Sequence record: LR756500.1
Length of the DNA: 64,000 bases
Strand: one strand, 5' to 3'
Made by a program: the position numbers and the translations under genes
In this document: positions 40,159-53,688 of the stretch, one piece after another
Layout of the letters: each line of letters opens with the position of its first letter
Numbering within the stretch: the first letter of the stretch is position 1
The notes under the pieces: generated by a model
The model's database searches: none
What the model was told of the DNA's origin: nothing
The model's input: the letters and a program-made list of their open reading frames with translations, nothing else

Positions 40159-40755
40159 ATGTTAGCAATAGCTCCACCTAATAAAAAAGAGATTATAAAC
40201 TATTCTAATTGGTTAGAAAAAAGAAAAATACCTTTTCATATACTTAATGAATATGATAATATAAATAGTTATTCTATGCTTATGTTATGTGGAGGTCCTG
40301 ATATAGGAAAAAATAAATTAAGAGATGAATTAGAAATAAAATGGTTTAATGATGCTTATAGAAAAATTCCTGTAATTGGAATTTGTAGAGGATTACAATT
40401 AGTTAATATTATTCTTAATGGTACTCTTTATGAAGATTTATCTGATGAATTAATAATGCATTCGACTGATAAAAATTCTATTTCTAATGAACCTTCTTCA
40501 AATTTAAATTCAAGTTTTCATAATATTATATACAATAATTTTAAAATTGAAGTTAATTCTAGACATCATCAGGGAATTAAAGTATTAGGTGAAGGATTAA
40601 AACCTTTAGCATATAGTGAAGGAGATAATTTAATAGAAATGATTAAAGGATTTAAATCTTTATTTGTACAATGGCACCCTGAAAGAGAAGAAGTATATGA
40701 AATGCCAGCAGAAAGAATCGTATCATTGTGGATAGAAAAGTTTATGTTACTTTAA
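40159..40755 (+). CDS. class I glutamine amidotransferase-like / peptidase C26
   Basis: LCGGPD, GICRGLQ, NSRHHQG, QWHPE. Confidence 0.88.
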   Translation: MLAIAPPNKKEIINYSNWLEKRKIPFHILNEYDNINSYSMLMLCGGPDIGKNKLRDELEIKWFNDAYRKIPVIGICRGLQLVNIILNGTLYEDLSDELIMHSTDKNSISNEPSSNLNSSFHNIIYNNFKIEVNSRHHQGIKVLGEGLKPLAYSEGDNLIEMIKGFKSLFVQWHPEREEVYEMPAERIVSLWIEKFMLL

Positions 40756-40812
40756 TTCTAAATTTTTATTTTTAAAACTTTTTTATTATATTTACTTTTA
40801 AAATAAAAAAAT

Positions 40813-41619
40813 ATGCTGCCTGATAATATTTTTGATTCTCCTGAAAATCCATTATATCTTACACAAAATTCATTTTATATTCCGTTAACATGTACTAGGG
40901 AATCTGAAAAAGCTAAATTATTGACATGGAGAATAAAAGATAAAACTAAATCTATTTGGGTTCCTGATAGTGTAATAGAAGAAAAATTAAAAAATCCATC
41001 ATTTTTACCAGAAAGTTATAATACTTATAAATTAAAAAGTTATTTTTATTCCAGAATAGAACAAAGTATTAATCCAAACGAAAAAGGATTTTTTAGTGAA
41101 GTTGCAAAAGGTTTATCAATTATTATAAAATTAGAAAAAGAAAAACAAGAAAAACAAAAATTAAATCTTTTTATAAAACGATGTAAATCATTATTAAATT
41201 TATTTGATATAAATATTAATGATTATGATAAAAATTTTATTTATACTTCAGCTGGATTAATGACATATTCATTGGAATTTAATCGCCTAATGCCAGGTTT
41301 AAATTTATCTTTAACAATTCCGAATAAAGTTACAACTGAAGCAACATTTATTACCGGCTTTTGGAATAAATTTCAAATTGATGGATATATTAATAGTAAT
41401 AGTTTATTAGGAATTTTACTTGCATATGATGCGTATAGAACAGATTTACCTGAAGAATATAGAGTTAAATTATTAAAAATGTATAATAATAAAATATTAA
41501 CTCATGATAAAACATTTGAATTTTCTGATGATCATTCCGTATATAAAAATGGTTTAGAAGAAAGACAAATCATTTATATCTTACTATCAATACTAAAAAT
41601 ATTAAATATTCAAACTTAA
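40813..41619 (+). CDS. hypothetical protein
   Basis: ORF downstream of the promoter motif at 40774-40795. Confidence 0.6.
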   Translation: MLPDNIFDSPENPLYLTQNSFYIPLTCTRESEKAKLLTWRIKDKTKSIWVPDSVIEEKLKNPSFLPESYNTYKLKSYFYSRIEQSINPNEKGFFSEVAKGLSIIIKLEKEKQEKQKLNLFIKRCKSLLNLFDININDYDKNFIYTSAGLMTYSLEFNRLMPGLNLSLTIPNKVTTEATFITGFWNKFQIDGYINSNSLLGILLAYDAYRTDLPEEYRVKLLKMYNNKILTHDKTFEFSDDHSVYKNGLEERQIIYILLSILKILNIQT

Positions 41620-41622
41620 ATT

Positions 41623-42084
41623 ATGAAAATTAACGAAATTATAAAAAATATACTTGAATTTATTATCTTATCAAGTAAATGGTTATTAATACCATTCTAT
41701 TTAAAGTTATTTTGGACGTTAATAAAATTAATGTATCATTTTATTTATCAAGGTGAAATAAGTAATGAAGATATAATATCTACTTTAGAAGATATAGATA
41801 TTGTTATGATTGCAAATCTTGTAAAAATGATTATAGTTGGAAGTTATAATTCATTTGTATATAAATTAAATAATTTAGAATCTGAACATATTACATCAGG
41901 TGGATTAAAAATAAAAATGGCAACATCTATAATAGGCGTATCATCTATTTATTTATTACAAACTTTCATTAATGTTACAAATATTTCACAAGATATAATT
42001 ATTAAGCAGATATTAATATTTGGAGCATTTATTATTGGAGCATTAGTTTTAGCAATCATAAATTATTTATATTCAAAACATTAA
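41623..42084 (+). CDS. UPF0114/YqhA-family membrane protein
   Basis: SSKWLLIPFY..DIVMIANLVKMIIVGSY..LKIKMATSIIGVSSIYLL. Confidence 0.75.
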   Translation: MKINEIIKNILEFIILSSKWLLIPFYLKLFWTLIKLMYHFIYQGEISNEDIISTLEDIDIVMIANLVKMIIVGSYNSFVYKLNNLESEHITSGGLKIKMATSIIGVSSIYLLQTFINVTNISQDIIIKQILIFGAFIIGALVLAIINYLYSKH

Positions 42085-42524
42085 TATGCTAAGACGAGAA
42101 TTTAAGCCTGGTGAAAAAGTAATATTAGATGAAAAATATGCTAATAGTTCTATAGTTGAAGTAGTTAGTCAAACTCCTAAAAAATTATATACTATGGTAA
42201 AATCAGAAACTTCTGAATGGGAAGTAATGACAATTAGACTTACTTCAATAAATAAATAGTTTCAGATATTCCTAATGTATCGTTATTAAAAAATCCATCT
42301 ACAATAGATTTATTTATATCTTCTTTTAAAGAAAAATTATCATTAATAATATTTAAATCTTTGGATATTGAACAACTATAATTTAAAATAATAATAAAAA
42401 TTAAAATTAATCGCATCATATTTTTATTTTATATATAACTCATTTTTATTTAAAACGATGATACGCATATTAATTAATTATTAATTATTCGTTAAATATA
42501 TAGTATATAAAATAAATAATAATT

Positions 42525-43990
42525 ATGGATACTTTAAAAACTTATCAAGACTATAATAAAGAATTAGATGAACAGGAAATAGAAAAATCGTTAGTTAATG
42601 CAAAATCTATTACTGAAAAATTAATGTCTAAATTACATAAAATAGCTGAAGATATAGTTAAAAATAAATCAAAAAAACCTTTAAAAGAATCTAAAGAACA
42701 AGATAAAACTATAAAGCAAGTTAATAAAGTTATTAATGAATGGTTAATAGGACTTGGTTATGGTACTGGTGCTGGATATCCAATACTTTATGATTATGGA
42801 AATTTAGCTAAAAACTATGCACAAAATCAAATTAAAGAACCAAGAGACGGTGAAGAAAAAGAATAATTAATTTAATTCATAAGAAATTTTATTTATAATT
42901 TTATAATTTAAATCATAAAATATTTCAGTTATATGAAAATTAAATATTTCTATTTCTTTAAATTCCCCTATATCAAATTGAATTCCACCATCTCTCATTG
43001 GAAACACATTTACTTGTGTTATAAATATAATATTTGATAAAGATTCTAAAAGTATTATTGCCGATTCAATTGATTGTATAGTTGTTTTTTCTGCATCATA
43101 AGTATCCCAATTCTTTTCTAAATCTAGAAAAGATAAAATTGTTTTATTTAATTCTTTTTTATTCATTAGTAATGTAAATTTAAATACAAATTATTTTGAT
43201 CATCTTTATAATAAATCGGAGAAAAAATTGGTGAATATTGATCTTTGGTATCATTTAACTCTTCTTCTGTATATTTATTTAATTTAGAAACATCTAAGTT
43301 TGGATATTCTTCCTTATCATTATATTCTCCGTCCATTTTTTCATTATGTTCTAATGCATTATAATATTGTTCTCCTTTTTTACAAATTACTGCCCATCCT
43401 TTAGATCTAAATCCTTGTGGATATGGTTTTAACTCTCCTGTTCTTGGATTTTTATCACAACACATTCCAGTAATATCATTACCATTATAATATGAATCGG
43501 GTATTCTTTGTACAAACAATTTCGCAGTACTTGGTATGTTATGTTTTTCTATAAATTTTAAAAGATTATCTATTGTGCATAAATGTTTATTTGTAAAATA
43601 GTCTGATTCAACTTCATTTCTAGTTGGTTTAAACCACCCCATTTTTTCATCAATTAATCTTTTATATCTTGAAATATAATCTATTATTTCAGAAGGTAAC
43701 CATTGTTTATTATCTTGTCTTGATAAATGCTCATATGCTTCTATAATTTTATATTCATCTCTTTTTTGACAATCAATAACTATATTAATTTTTAATGACT
43801 CATCTGAACACCAAACTCTGATGTTATGAATTATTTTAAATTCATCATGTTCTTTTTTATAGATTAATTTATCTCTAGATGGATATTCCCAAGTACCTGT
43901 AACATTATAATGTCCGTTTTCTTTTACTTTACATGCAGAAGTAAAAAAAGAAATAAAATTTTCATCTAAATATTTTTTTACATTTATCAT
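42525..43990. other. hypothetical CDS 42525-42866 (+), 42867-43166 (-), 43166-43990 (-)
   Basis: ORF track. Confidence 0.55.
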
Positions 43991-44763
43991 AGTTCAATTA
44001 TTTTTTTAGGATTATATCCTGAAAATTCTAAATTATATCCCTGATAACCGTATTGATTACATGTTAATATAGTATTATTTATTTTTACATCTTCTATATT
44101 TCTATGGGAATGACCATATATCCAATAATCTATATTATTATCAGCTATAATATCATAATTTTCTGATACAAAAGCATTACTAATAATACTTGATTTATAA
44201 TCAGGATGGACAACTAATTTAGTCGGTAAATGATGTGTAACTACAACAGTTTTCGTATTTTTATTATCTTTTAATGCATTAACTATAAAAAATTTAGCAT
44301 CTAAATGTAATGAATTAAAATCTTTATATGATAATGTATATTTTCCTTTTTTGATATGATTAAAGTCCATTACATTTCTTTCAATATAAAAAGATTCATA
44401 TTCATTAATATGAGACCATAATGTTGAAAAAATAAATTGAACTCCTTTATAATCAATTGAGACATTATTTACTAAATGAATATTATCTCTAATATCTTCA
44501 TTTAAAAATGGCTGTGAAATTTTATTTAAATCACTTAAGTAATAATATTCATGATTGCCAGGAACAATAAAAATTTTATCAAAATACATTGATAAATGAT
44601 CAAAAATAGGATCATTATAATGTAACTTGTCCATTTTAGTGATATCACCGGCTAATATTAAAACTTCACCACTAGGAACAATTATTGAATTAATGTTTTG
44701 AGATATAAATTCATAATTTATCATTCTCTCTAAATGAAGATCTGATAAATATTGTATCTTCAT
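43987..44763 (-). CDS. calcineurin-like metallophosphoesterase
   Basis: SDLH, AGD, PGNHE, THHLP, YGHSH. Confidence 0.9.
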   Translation of the reverse strand: MKIQYLSDLHLERMINYEFISQNINSIIVPSGEVLILAGDITKMDKLHYNDPIFDHLSMYFDKIFIVPGNHEYYYLSDLNKISQPFLNEDIRDNIHLVNNVSIDYKGVQFIFSTLWSHINEYESFYIERNVMDFNHIKKGKYTLSYKDFNSLHLDAKFFIVNALKDNKNTKTVVVTHHLPTKLVVHPDYKSSIISNAFVSENYDIIADNNIDYWIYGHSHRNIEDVKINNTILTCNQYGYQGYNLEFSGYNPKKIIEL

Positions 44764-45339
44764 TTAAATGAATTATAATGTTCCTTTTTAAATGTTATGA
44801 ATGATAATTTTTCATCAACACATTTTTCACAAACTTGAGCAGTCCATTTTTCTTCATCATTATGTTCGCTGTAATATCCCCAATAAGCAGAAAGATTCAT
44901 ATAAGAAAATTCATAAGTTTTTTCTCCATTATCTACTCTTAAATCATTTTCAATAACACCTTCATTAACTTTGCAGCTTTTGCCACAAATATCACATAAT
45001 ATATCTATAACTACTTCTTGCTTTTTTAATTGTACTTGTTTAATTTCCATTTATTAATAATTTTAAATATATTTGTAAATCTGCACACATTTCATAATCC
45101 TGACATTCAGCTAAAATAGTTATTGATTCTTTTAATTTATTTATTTTTTCTTCTAATGATATTTCTTGTGATTTAATAAATGACATTGGATCAATCATCA
45201 TTTCTAAATAAAACCCTTTAGCTTTTTGAATACTTTTTTGTTGTTGTTTATTTAAATGAGCATTTAATTTTTGCTGAATTTCATTATTAACTAAAATATT
45301 ATTTAGTTCATTGTCATTACTATAATTTGGAATATACAT
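44760..45339 (-). other. two hypothetical CDS (44760-45050, 45040-45339)
   Basis: ORF track; divergent promoter motif at 45377-45397. Confidence 0.55.
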
Positions 45340-45505
45340 AAGAATAAAATTTGAAATTTATATTTTTGAATTATATGTAAATTTAATAAAAAAGTTTAAA
45401 AAATAAAAAAATTTTAATACATTCTTTTTCAAAAAATTATTTGATAACTAATATTTTAAATTTAAAACTTTATTATTATATTTACTTTTAATTATATAAA
45501 AATTA

Positions 45506-48500
45506 ATGAAAACCTTAAAAACAATAGGTAGAATAATATCAATAAATTGCAATGCTGAACTTGATAACGGAGAAATATTATCTTTAAATTTAAGTAATAA
45601 AGATTTGATTTCTTGTCCAGGAGTTGATAGCATACATACAGTAAGTTCATTAATTGGTCATTTAATTGGAACTCCTATTGAACAATTTGTTATTAAAAAT
45701 CCTATAGAATCTCAACTTATTAAAGATGTAAAAAATAAATTAGTAGAAGTTCATTCTCGTACATCTATTATTCATTTAACTAAAGGTGTTAAAGTTGATC
45801 TTTATACTATAAAAGGATTTAAACAACACACTTATAAATATGATTCATATCAAGATGCATATGATGATTTAGAATATTGTCGCAAATATTTAAACAATTA
45901 ATTATGATGAGTATATCTGAAAAACAAAGATTTAAAATCAGTATAATTGATTTTATCGTTGAAAATGGAAAACATGAAGTTGGAAAAGATAAGTTAGGAA
46001 ATACTGTATGTTTAGGAGATTTAGTAAAATATAATAATGAAGATAATTGGTTTATCGTTTATCGTTATGGAAATATACTTTTAAAACAAGTAGGAATGAT
46101 CGCTATGATTGGAAGTATACATTTTGTAAGTGGAGATTTTTCTAATGTTGAAAAACAAAATGCTTTTGCCTCTGGAGTTGATTGGCTTGCTATTGGTTAT
46201 GAAGATGAACCATTTTATGAAAAGGTAAAACATTTAGTTAAATAATATATGATACAAAAATTCAGAAAGAAACCAGTTGAGATTGAAGCAATCCAATGGA
46301 ACGGAAACTCAAACAGAATGGAAATTGAACAATTTGTTGGAAGAGAATTAAAAACAGAATTAGAAAGTGAAACGGCTTATGTTGCTGGGAAAGGTGCTCC
46401 AATTTTTAGTTTATTAATCGAAACAAAAGAAGGAGTAATGAAAGCATTTAGAAGTGATTGGATTATTAAAGAGCCTTTTCCAACTGGCGATAGAGATTTT
46501 TATCCTTGTAAAAATAATATTTTTAAAAATACTTATGATGTAATTAAATAAATTATGAAATCATTTATTTTTGTAGGATTAATAATTATTGCTAATGCTT
46601 ATAATCCAGCATTTGTAGAATCTAATGAATCTACATTTTTATTACTTTTTATATTTAGCTTTATTTATGAAATAAGATTAGATTATTTAAAATATAAAAA
46701 AAAATAAATTATGAAAACATTTTATATAAATGGTATAACTATAGAATTAGATGAAACTAAAACTTATTTAGATTTTTATTTAATTAAAGGAGAACCACAA
46801 TTAAAATCAATAGATTTTGAAAAGATGCTACAATATGCGTCTGAAGATAAATTAAAAATTGATGCAGAATTTAAAACACTTTTAGAATATTTAAAAAGAT
46901 GGACAGTAGAAGCTCCTAGAAAAAGAGGTTATCGTCAAATGAAAAGAGATGGAATGATTGTATTAAGTGGTGAATATTTCTTTGAAAATGATGAAGGAGA
47001 AGAGATAATTAATAATTTGGAAAATACTGGAATTTTAACTGAATATTTACTCGAAAAATTATATTAAATGGAACATCTAATTGATGGAGAAAAAGCATAT
47101 CCTATTTATAAATTAACTGCTAAATGGGAACAAGACGGAGAACATGACCCAGAATATCCAATTTTTCATAAAGGATTAAAGGAAGGTAGAGTTCATAATT
47201 CAACAGGATTTTCGTATATGTTTAAAGTTGAACAAACAGATGCTGAATTAACGATATTTTCAAGTAATTGGTGGACAAATCATTATAATAAAATTGATAA
47301 ATACGATAAAGTTCCTTTATCAGAAAAACATGTAGATAATTTAGTTATTGAATTTAAATTGATTGAATATGAAACTTGGTATTTAACATGGTTTCAACAT
47401 CAAACTTTCGATAATGGCCAAACTAATGAAGAGGTTTTAAGAAGTTTTGAAAAATTTGTAAGAAGAAAAGAAGATTTAAATCATAAAAACAGTCATTGGG
47501 GAGGTGATAGAAATTTTGATAATGATAAACCTTTCTATACATTAATGGGCGCTGAAGATAGATGGAGATGGCATGGATCGGGAAAAAATGGAAAACCTGA
47601 TGAACACAGTCCAGCTCCGTGTAGATGTAAATATTGTAAAGAACAAGGTGTAATAAGAATAGCACATTAATATGTTAAACATTTCTAAAAAACGAAAATT
47701 TCCTTTTAATGAATTAAAAGATGGTTGGACTGTTACTGATAAGTATTTTATATACGAAATACGTAAAAAATATATTGGAAATTTTCTTAATACATGGTTT
47801 ATTGGAGATAAAATACAAGCATCTAATTTAGAACGTAATAAAGTTAAATTTAAAAATGGAGAATTAAGAGATTTCATTATAAAAGATGAATTTATAACAG
47901 TTAAAAAGGTTAATAAAGATACATCATATAAATTATACAACAGAAAATATAATCCTATTTCTATAACAATAATGTGCCCTACTGGCGCCAAATTCAAGCA
48001 GAATGATAATGGAGAATATTTATATGAAATGAAAGCTCAAATTCATTCTGTTGATGATTCATCTTTTAGAATATGGTGGGCTTATTACTATAATAATAAA
48101 AATACATTTAAAGAATTAGAAATAATACGATTAAAATTAATGAAATGGATAAGTTCTCAATCTATTATTGATGGTAAAGATTTTTTACTTAAATGTCTTG
48201 AATTAGGTGCAGCAAAAGAAAGTATCGATTACAATTAAAAATTAAATTATGGAAACAAAAGTATTAGAATTGAAAAAGTTAGTTTTAGCAGACGCAGTTT
48301 CAACAGAAATTCCAGATGGAAGTTATTCAGGCAATCGGGGAGGTTATGTCGTTACCTTTAGTGTTAAAAATATAACTTATGAGGCTAAATTAAATGTTGG
48401 TGTTAAATGTATGAGCTGTCCTTGTACTGTGAATGTTAAAGATGGTCAAATAACTATCATAGAATATTAAAATGGAAAATTTAAAAGAAAAATTAATAGA

Positions 48501-51347
48501 ATTATTTTTAAAATCTTGTAATGATTTTAAAATATCAAGAGCAGAAAACTTTCAGAATTTTGATATCCCAAGTGAATCTCGTGTTAAAATTTTAGATTTT
48601 TTACCAAAATTCATACGTATAGGAGATAAGTTTTTTAAATCTACAAATGAAGTTATTCACAATTATGGATATGGATTTAAATATAATGATAATCCGCCTT
48701 TAATGATTGCATCGTATTTTAATACATATACATATAAATACGGAACATTTTTTCCTCTTATAAGTTATTTATTTTGGGACAATTATATAAATAGAAAAAA
48801 AGGAAATAAATTTGCTACAGATTATGTTAATAAAAATGAAGATGCTTATTATACTGATTGTGAAAATATTTTCAGTAAAACGATTACTATTGAAATGCGT
48901 GCTAATTTTATTATTCATGGAACATTAGTTTCTAAATTAACAGAAAAAGAATTCATTAATTTACATGATGAATTAACAAATAGTATTAAAAAGCACGATA
49001 TATTTAAATTAGAAGAACGATTAAAAGATTAAATAATGAAAAATCAAACTTTAATTAACATTGCTAAAAGCATTTTAAAAGAATTATTATCTCAATGTAC
49101 TGAAGAAGAACAATTACAATTTAAACGAATGTATTCAAACAATCATTTAGATATGCCCATAAATGAAGTAGTTGATAAAATGAATATTGAAAATATAGAT
49201 TGGGCAATTTCTCAATGTGAAAGAACAATTGAAAAGAAAAATAAAATAAAAGAAGAAAATTCTTATAAGCAAAAAGAAATTTGGGAAAACATTTTCAGCG
49301 AATTGGAAAATAAATGTTTAAATGCTACTACAGTAATAAATCATTTAAATGAAAATTATACAATATTAAAAAATGATTTTAAATCAGAAATAAGTTATAA
49401 ATTAGAAAAACAAATAATTGATGGAGTATGGCGTGATACTACTTATAAAAGTTATATTTCTCCTAAAAAAGCAATTGCAGCATATAATGCGATGCCTTAT
49501 CATAGTATAGAACTAGATAAAAAAAATGATATGCAATTTAGAATAAAAGAAATACATTCAATAATAACAGAAAAAATTTCTGACTTTAAAATTTAATTTT
49601 ATGGGACGTAACGATAGAAATCAAGATTATTCTAAAGAGAATTATAAATTCGCCCAGGTTGATGAAAATATAATTTATCAATTAATAGATCAAAATCCTA
49701 AAATTTTTAAAAAGGGAAAATCTTTAGAAAAATCTTCAACAATTTGGAAAATCAATATTAATGTTAAAAAAGGATATTTAATTTCTATTTTAAATATTAT
49801 TTGTTCATCTGATAGATACAAATGGTTTGATAATTTAAATAATGAAGTAGGAAGCGTTTATTTATATAGAAAAGAATTTAAAAATGTCGAAAAACCTATA
49901 TTTTATATCATTATCTACAGATATGGAATTAGATTTGAATTTTCAGAATTATTTGATGGAACTAGTAACGGTTTGCCTAGAACAAATAGAATTATAACAG
50001 ATGAAGAAGAAAAATTAATGATAAGTAATATTAATAATAATATTAATTTAACTCACATAAAGCATATCATTAATAAATATTCTAAATTTTCTAATAATAC
50101 TATACTAAATATTTATGAAGATATACAAATGAATGAAGTATTTAGCTCATTATTTAAATATATTAAAAAGTTTAAATTATATAAAAATATTGATATTAAA
50201 AATTTAAAAAATCTTTTTAATGCTTTTATCATTACATCTGAAGATATTCGTGTAGCTGTGTATGATAATATTAATAACATATTAATAGAATTATTTAAAC
50301 TAATTGGAGATTATTATTATAAATATTTAGAATATTTTATTGATAATGATCCAATTAAATATATCGAATTTATAAAAATTTGCAATAAAAAAATTCGTAC
50401 AAAATATGAACATTTATTTAATGCTGAAGATTTTAGTTTAATTTAAAAATACTTATGATTAAAAATTTTATTTTAACAGTCTTAACAATAGACTTAAATA
50501 GTCCTTACATAAAACATGGGAGTTGGATTTTAATGACTATTATTTTTCTTATTGTTTTTGGTTATTTTAACAGTAATAAAAGTAGAGGAATTGATAGTTT
50601 ATCAAATGGAATATTTACAATATTTTGTTATTTAATTTCATGGATAATTTGGTTAATAATTTATTAATATGAGAAAATTTACAGAAGGCTATATTTTAGA
50701 GGAAGATGAATTTCTTTTAAAGATTTCAGGATCTGGATATCGTGAACATAATGCTAATAAAGGATTTTTAACAAAATTTACGCAAAAAGGAAAAATTCCT
50801 TTACCTTTTAAAAATTGGCATCCAGACCTTGACATATATGTAGTTAAAGAGGAATTTCGAAAAGGATGGAAAATCGTTGGCTTTAGAGAAGGAATGAGTA
50901 CAACTTGGGTAATATTAGTTCATCCGAATAATTATACTCTTGAAATTAATATTAGTAATTTTATAAATTTACTTAAAGAAATAACAATTGATAAAGGTGA
51001 ACTAATAGGAGAATTTAGATGGGAAGATCATAATTTAATTCAAAAATAATATTCAAATTTATGCAAATAATTAAAATAATATGAAAAACCTTTTAAAAAT
51101 AAAAACACTTCTAAAAAATATTCCAGAAAAAGTATTATATGATTTTGATTTATTGAAATTATTAAGAGAAGTTCAAATTAATGCTGTAGAAGTATCATTA
51201 GAATTAGCGGCTAAATCAGCTACGACTAAAGATGATCCTAATTCTTATGCCGGAAATACTGGAAGTGAATGTTCTGCTGATATCATAGTTGATACAAAAT
51301 CAATATTAGATTGTAGACAAACTTTAATTAATCAAATTTATGAATAG
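45506..51347 (+). other. operon of about 14 phage-type hypothetical CDS (incl. 46249-46551 RKKPVEIEAIQW family)
   Basis: Co-oriented, tightly packed, downstream of the promoter motif at 45464-45485. Confidence 0.6.
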
Positions 51348-51852
51348 AAATTGGAGTAGAAAAGATCGTCATACTAGAAGAAAAATAAAAGGTATTATTG
51401 ATAAAATAGAATTTGCTACTAAAGATATGCCTATAATACTTGAAGTTGTTGCATGTGGTTCTTATAGAAGGCAGTTTGATTATTGTGGTGATTTAAATAT
51501 GTTATTTAAATTATCAAATATTGATAAAGTTGGAGATGTTATTCCTATACTTATAAATAAAATAGGACCTGATGAAATATTAACACATGGAAAAAAGAAA
51601 TCAAATATTTTAATAAATAAAGTTCAAATTGATTTAAATTTCTCAAGTGTTGAATCATGGCCTTATGCTTTATTACATCATACTGGATCAGTCGAAGAAA
51701 GTATTAGGTTACGAAAAGTAGCAAAAAATAAAAATTTAAAACTAAATGAAAAAGGATTATATAATGAAAATGATGAATTAATTAAATTATCTTCAGAAAG
51801 AGATATTTATAATTATTTAGGTATTGAATATAGAAGTCCAGAAAATAGATAA
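51340..51852 (+). CDS. minimal DNA polymerase X-family nucleotidyltransferase
   Basis: CGSYRR...GDLN, QIDL, ALLHHTGS, LNEKGL, SERDIYNYLGIEY.SPENR. Confidence 0.75.
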   Translation: MNRNWSRKDRHTRRKIKGIIDKIEFATKDMPIILEVVACGSYRRQFDYCGDLNMLFKLSNIDKVGDVIPILINKIGPDEILTHGKKKSNILINKVQIDLNFSSVESWPYALLHHTGSVEESIRLRKVAKNKNLKLNEKGLYNENDELIKLSSERDIYNYLGIEYRSPENR

Positions 51853-52264
51853 AACAATGGAAATTTTAGAAAAGATATTTTTAAGAAAAGCTAAGAAAAA
51901 ATATTATACAAGTTTAAGTCCTAATATTGCAATAGAACATATTGTATATAATTTTTTTAATGATGAAATAATTATTCCGTCAGGATATATTAGTGATGAA
52001 ATTCAGTTTGTATTAAATGATTTATATTTTAATTATAAAAATAAAAATGATTTTAAATTTAGAATTATAAATTTTATGTATAAATATCATAAACAAAAAG
52101 AAACTAAACTAAAATATAATTTAAGTCCTAAAGATAATAAAGTATGGGCATGGAATAAAAAAATGTGGAGAACTACAAAATATTTTTTAGGAATTAAATA
52201 TTATGTTTATACTCTTATTAAACATAATCAAAAAGATTTAGAAATTAAATATTCATTTAAATGA
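51824..52264 (+). CDS. hypothetical protein
   Basis: ORF track. Confidence 0.5.
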   Translation: MNIEVQKIDKTMEILEKIFLRKAKKKYYTSLSPNIAIEHIVYNFFNDEIIIPSGYISDEIQFVLNDLYFNYKNKNDFKFRIINFMYKYHKQKETKLKYNLSPKDNKVWAWNKKMWRTTKYFLGIKYYVYTLIKHNQKDLEIKYSFK

Positions 52265-52363
52265 AAAAAGAAGAAATAATAGGTACTACTGGTAAACTTG
52301 TTGATTTATTTAAAATATAAAATTCAATAAATTAAATAATTAATTATAAAAAAGTATAAATAT

Positions 52364-53686
52364 CTATATTTTGTCTATAAAGACATAATTAAGAACCATA
52401 CTTTTATGTGAATTTTGCTTAAAAACATCAAACTCATGTAAACACTCATCCAATGAAACTCGATATTTCAATCTCGAATTTTTTACAACCTCAATATAAA
52501 ATCCCTTCCAATCCTTAAACGATGTAACCATTTCCTTCCATCGGTGTTTCACATCAAAAACTGGATAAAACCCTACCTTGCTTTTCTTTATTCTATACTC
52601 GTACCCTCGTCTAGCAATCTCTATCGACGCATTTACCGCATCAGTATATTCGTATTGCATATTCCCTATAAAACTAGAATACGCTGGATTAACTTCATAT
52701 AAACCAATACCTAATACATTCAATCTTTTAGCCAAATTAGAAATAAATTTATCTCTCTTCCATAAATTTCTATTCTTTCGATTTCCTATTTTATTATGTT
52801 TTTGCTCTTTAGTTAATTTTTGCTTAAACTTCAAATCCTCAATATATACAGTCTTACAACCAAACTGTCTAGCAATCAATGATACAGATTTAGCAATCTC
52901 GATCGTTTCAAAATTTAATTTATTCTGATAATACTTCATCTTAACAGAATCTGAACTTAATTTTTTACTTAAAATTTTATTAAAAATTAATTTCAAACTA
53001 AACTCTTGAGCATGAATAACTTTATTATTTTCTAAAACGGAAATTCCAATTGTATCTGGATTCAAATCGATACCTAAATACCTATTTTCATTTAATTGCT
53101 TAATCTCTTTATTCTTAAACTCTTCGAAACTTATATAAACATACTTCATATCAAATCGAACAGAATATGTATATCCATGCTCATTATATTTAACTTCATT
53201 TAATTGTTGAAGCCTAAACAACTCTTTCTTTATATTATTCCTTAAATTAGGTAATTCAAGTTCTATATGTTTAACTTTATTTAACTTAAATATTATTTTA
53301 TTATTCTCTATAATATTCAACTTAAAACTTCTATTTCCTTTTTTTAATACTTCGCCTTGAATATTTAATGGACTCAATCGTTTTAAATCAAATTCTTCTT
53401 TAGAAATTTTGTCTTTTAATCTATTAATAAAATTAAACTTTCCACCAAATACAACTTTAATATCTTCAAACCTCTTCTGCATTGCTTTACCATCCAATAT
53501 AGCACATTGAACTAACCAAGAGTTAAGCAAATCAACATTACTTAACTCTTTAGTCAATAATCTTATTTCCTTCTCATTCTTACCCTCGAGAAATCGATTA
53601 TAACTATACCTTACAACATTAGAGTATTGCTTAAGTATAGAAGTTAAATCTTCATCAGTTTTATATGGTAACTTAATTGTTTTCAA
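52364..53686 (-). CDS. tnpB: TnpB-related RuvC nuclease (IS200/605/607 accessory, Cas12f-like), apparently intact and lacking the Zn finger
   Basis: LGIDLNPD, YIEDL, VNPAYSS, TDAVNAS; TTG start right after the HTH ORF. Confidence 0.8.
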   Translation of the reverse strand: MKTIKLPYKTDEDLTSILKQYSNVVRYSYNRFLEGKNEKEIRLLTKELSNVDLLNSWLVQCAILDGKAMQKRFEDIKVVFGGKFNFINRLKDKISKEEFDLKRLSPLNIQGEVLKKGNRSFKLNIIENNKIIFKLNKVKHIELELPNLRNNIKKELFRLQQLNEVKYNEHGYTYSVRFDMKYVYISFEEFKNKEIKQLNENRYLGIDLNPDTIGISVLENNKVIHAQEFSLKLIFNKILSKKLSSDSVKMKYYQNKLNFETIEIAKSVSLIARQFGCKTVYIEDLKFKQKLTKEQKHNKIGNRKNRNLWKRDKFISNLAKRLNVLGIGLYEVNPAYSSFIGNMQYEYTDAVNASIEIARRGYEYRIKKSKVGFYPVFDVKHRWKEMVTSFKDWKGFYIEVVKNSRLKYRVSLDECLHEFDVFKQNSHKSMVLNYVFIDKI

Positions 53687-53688
53687 TC

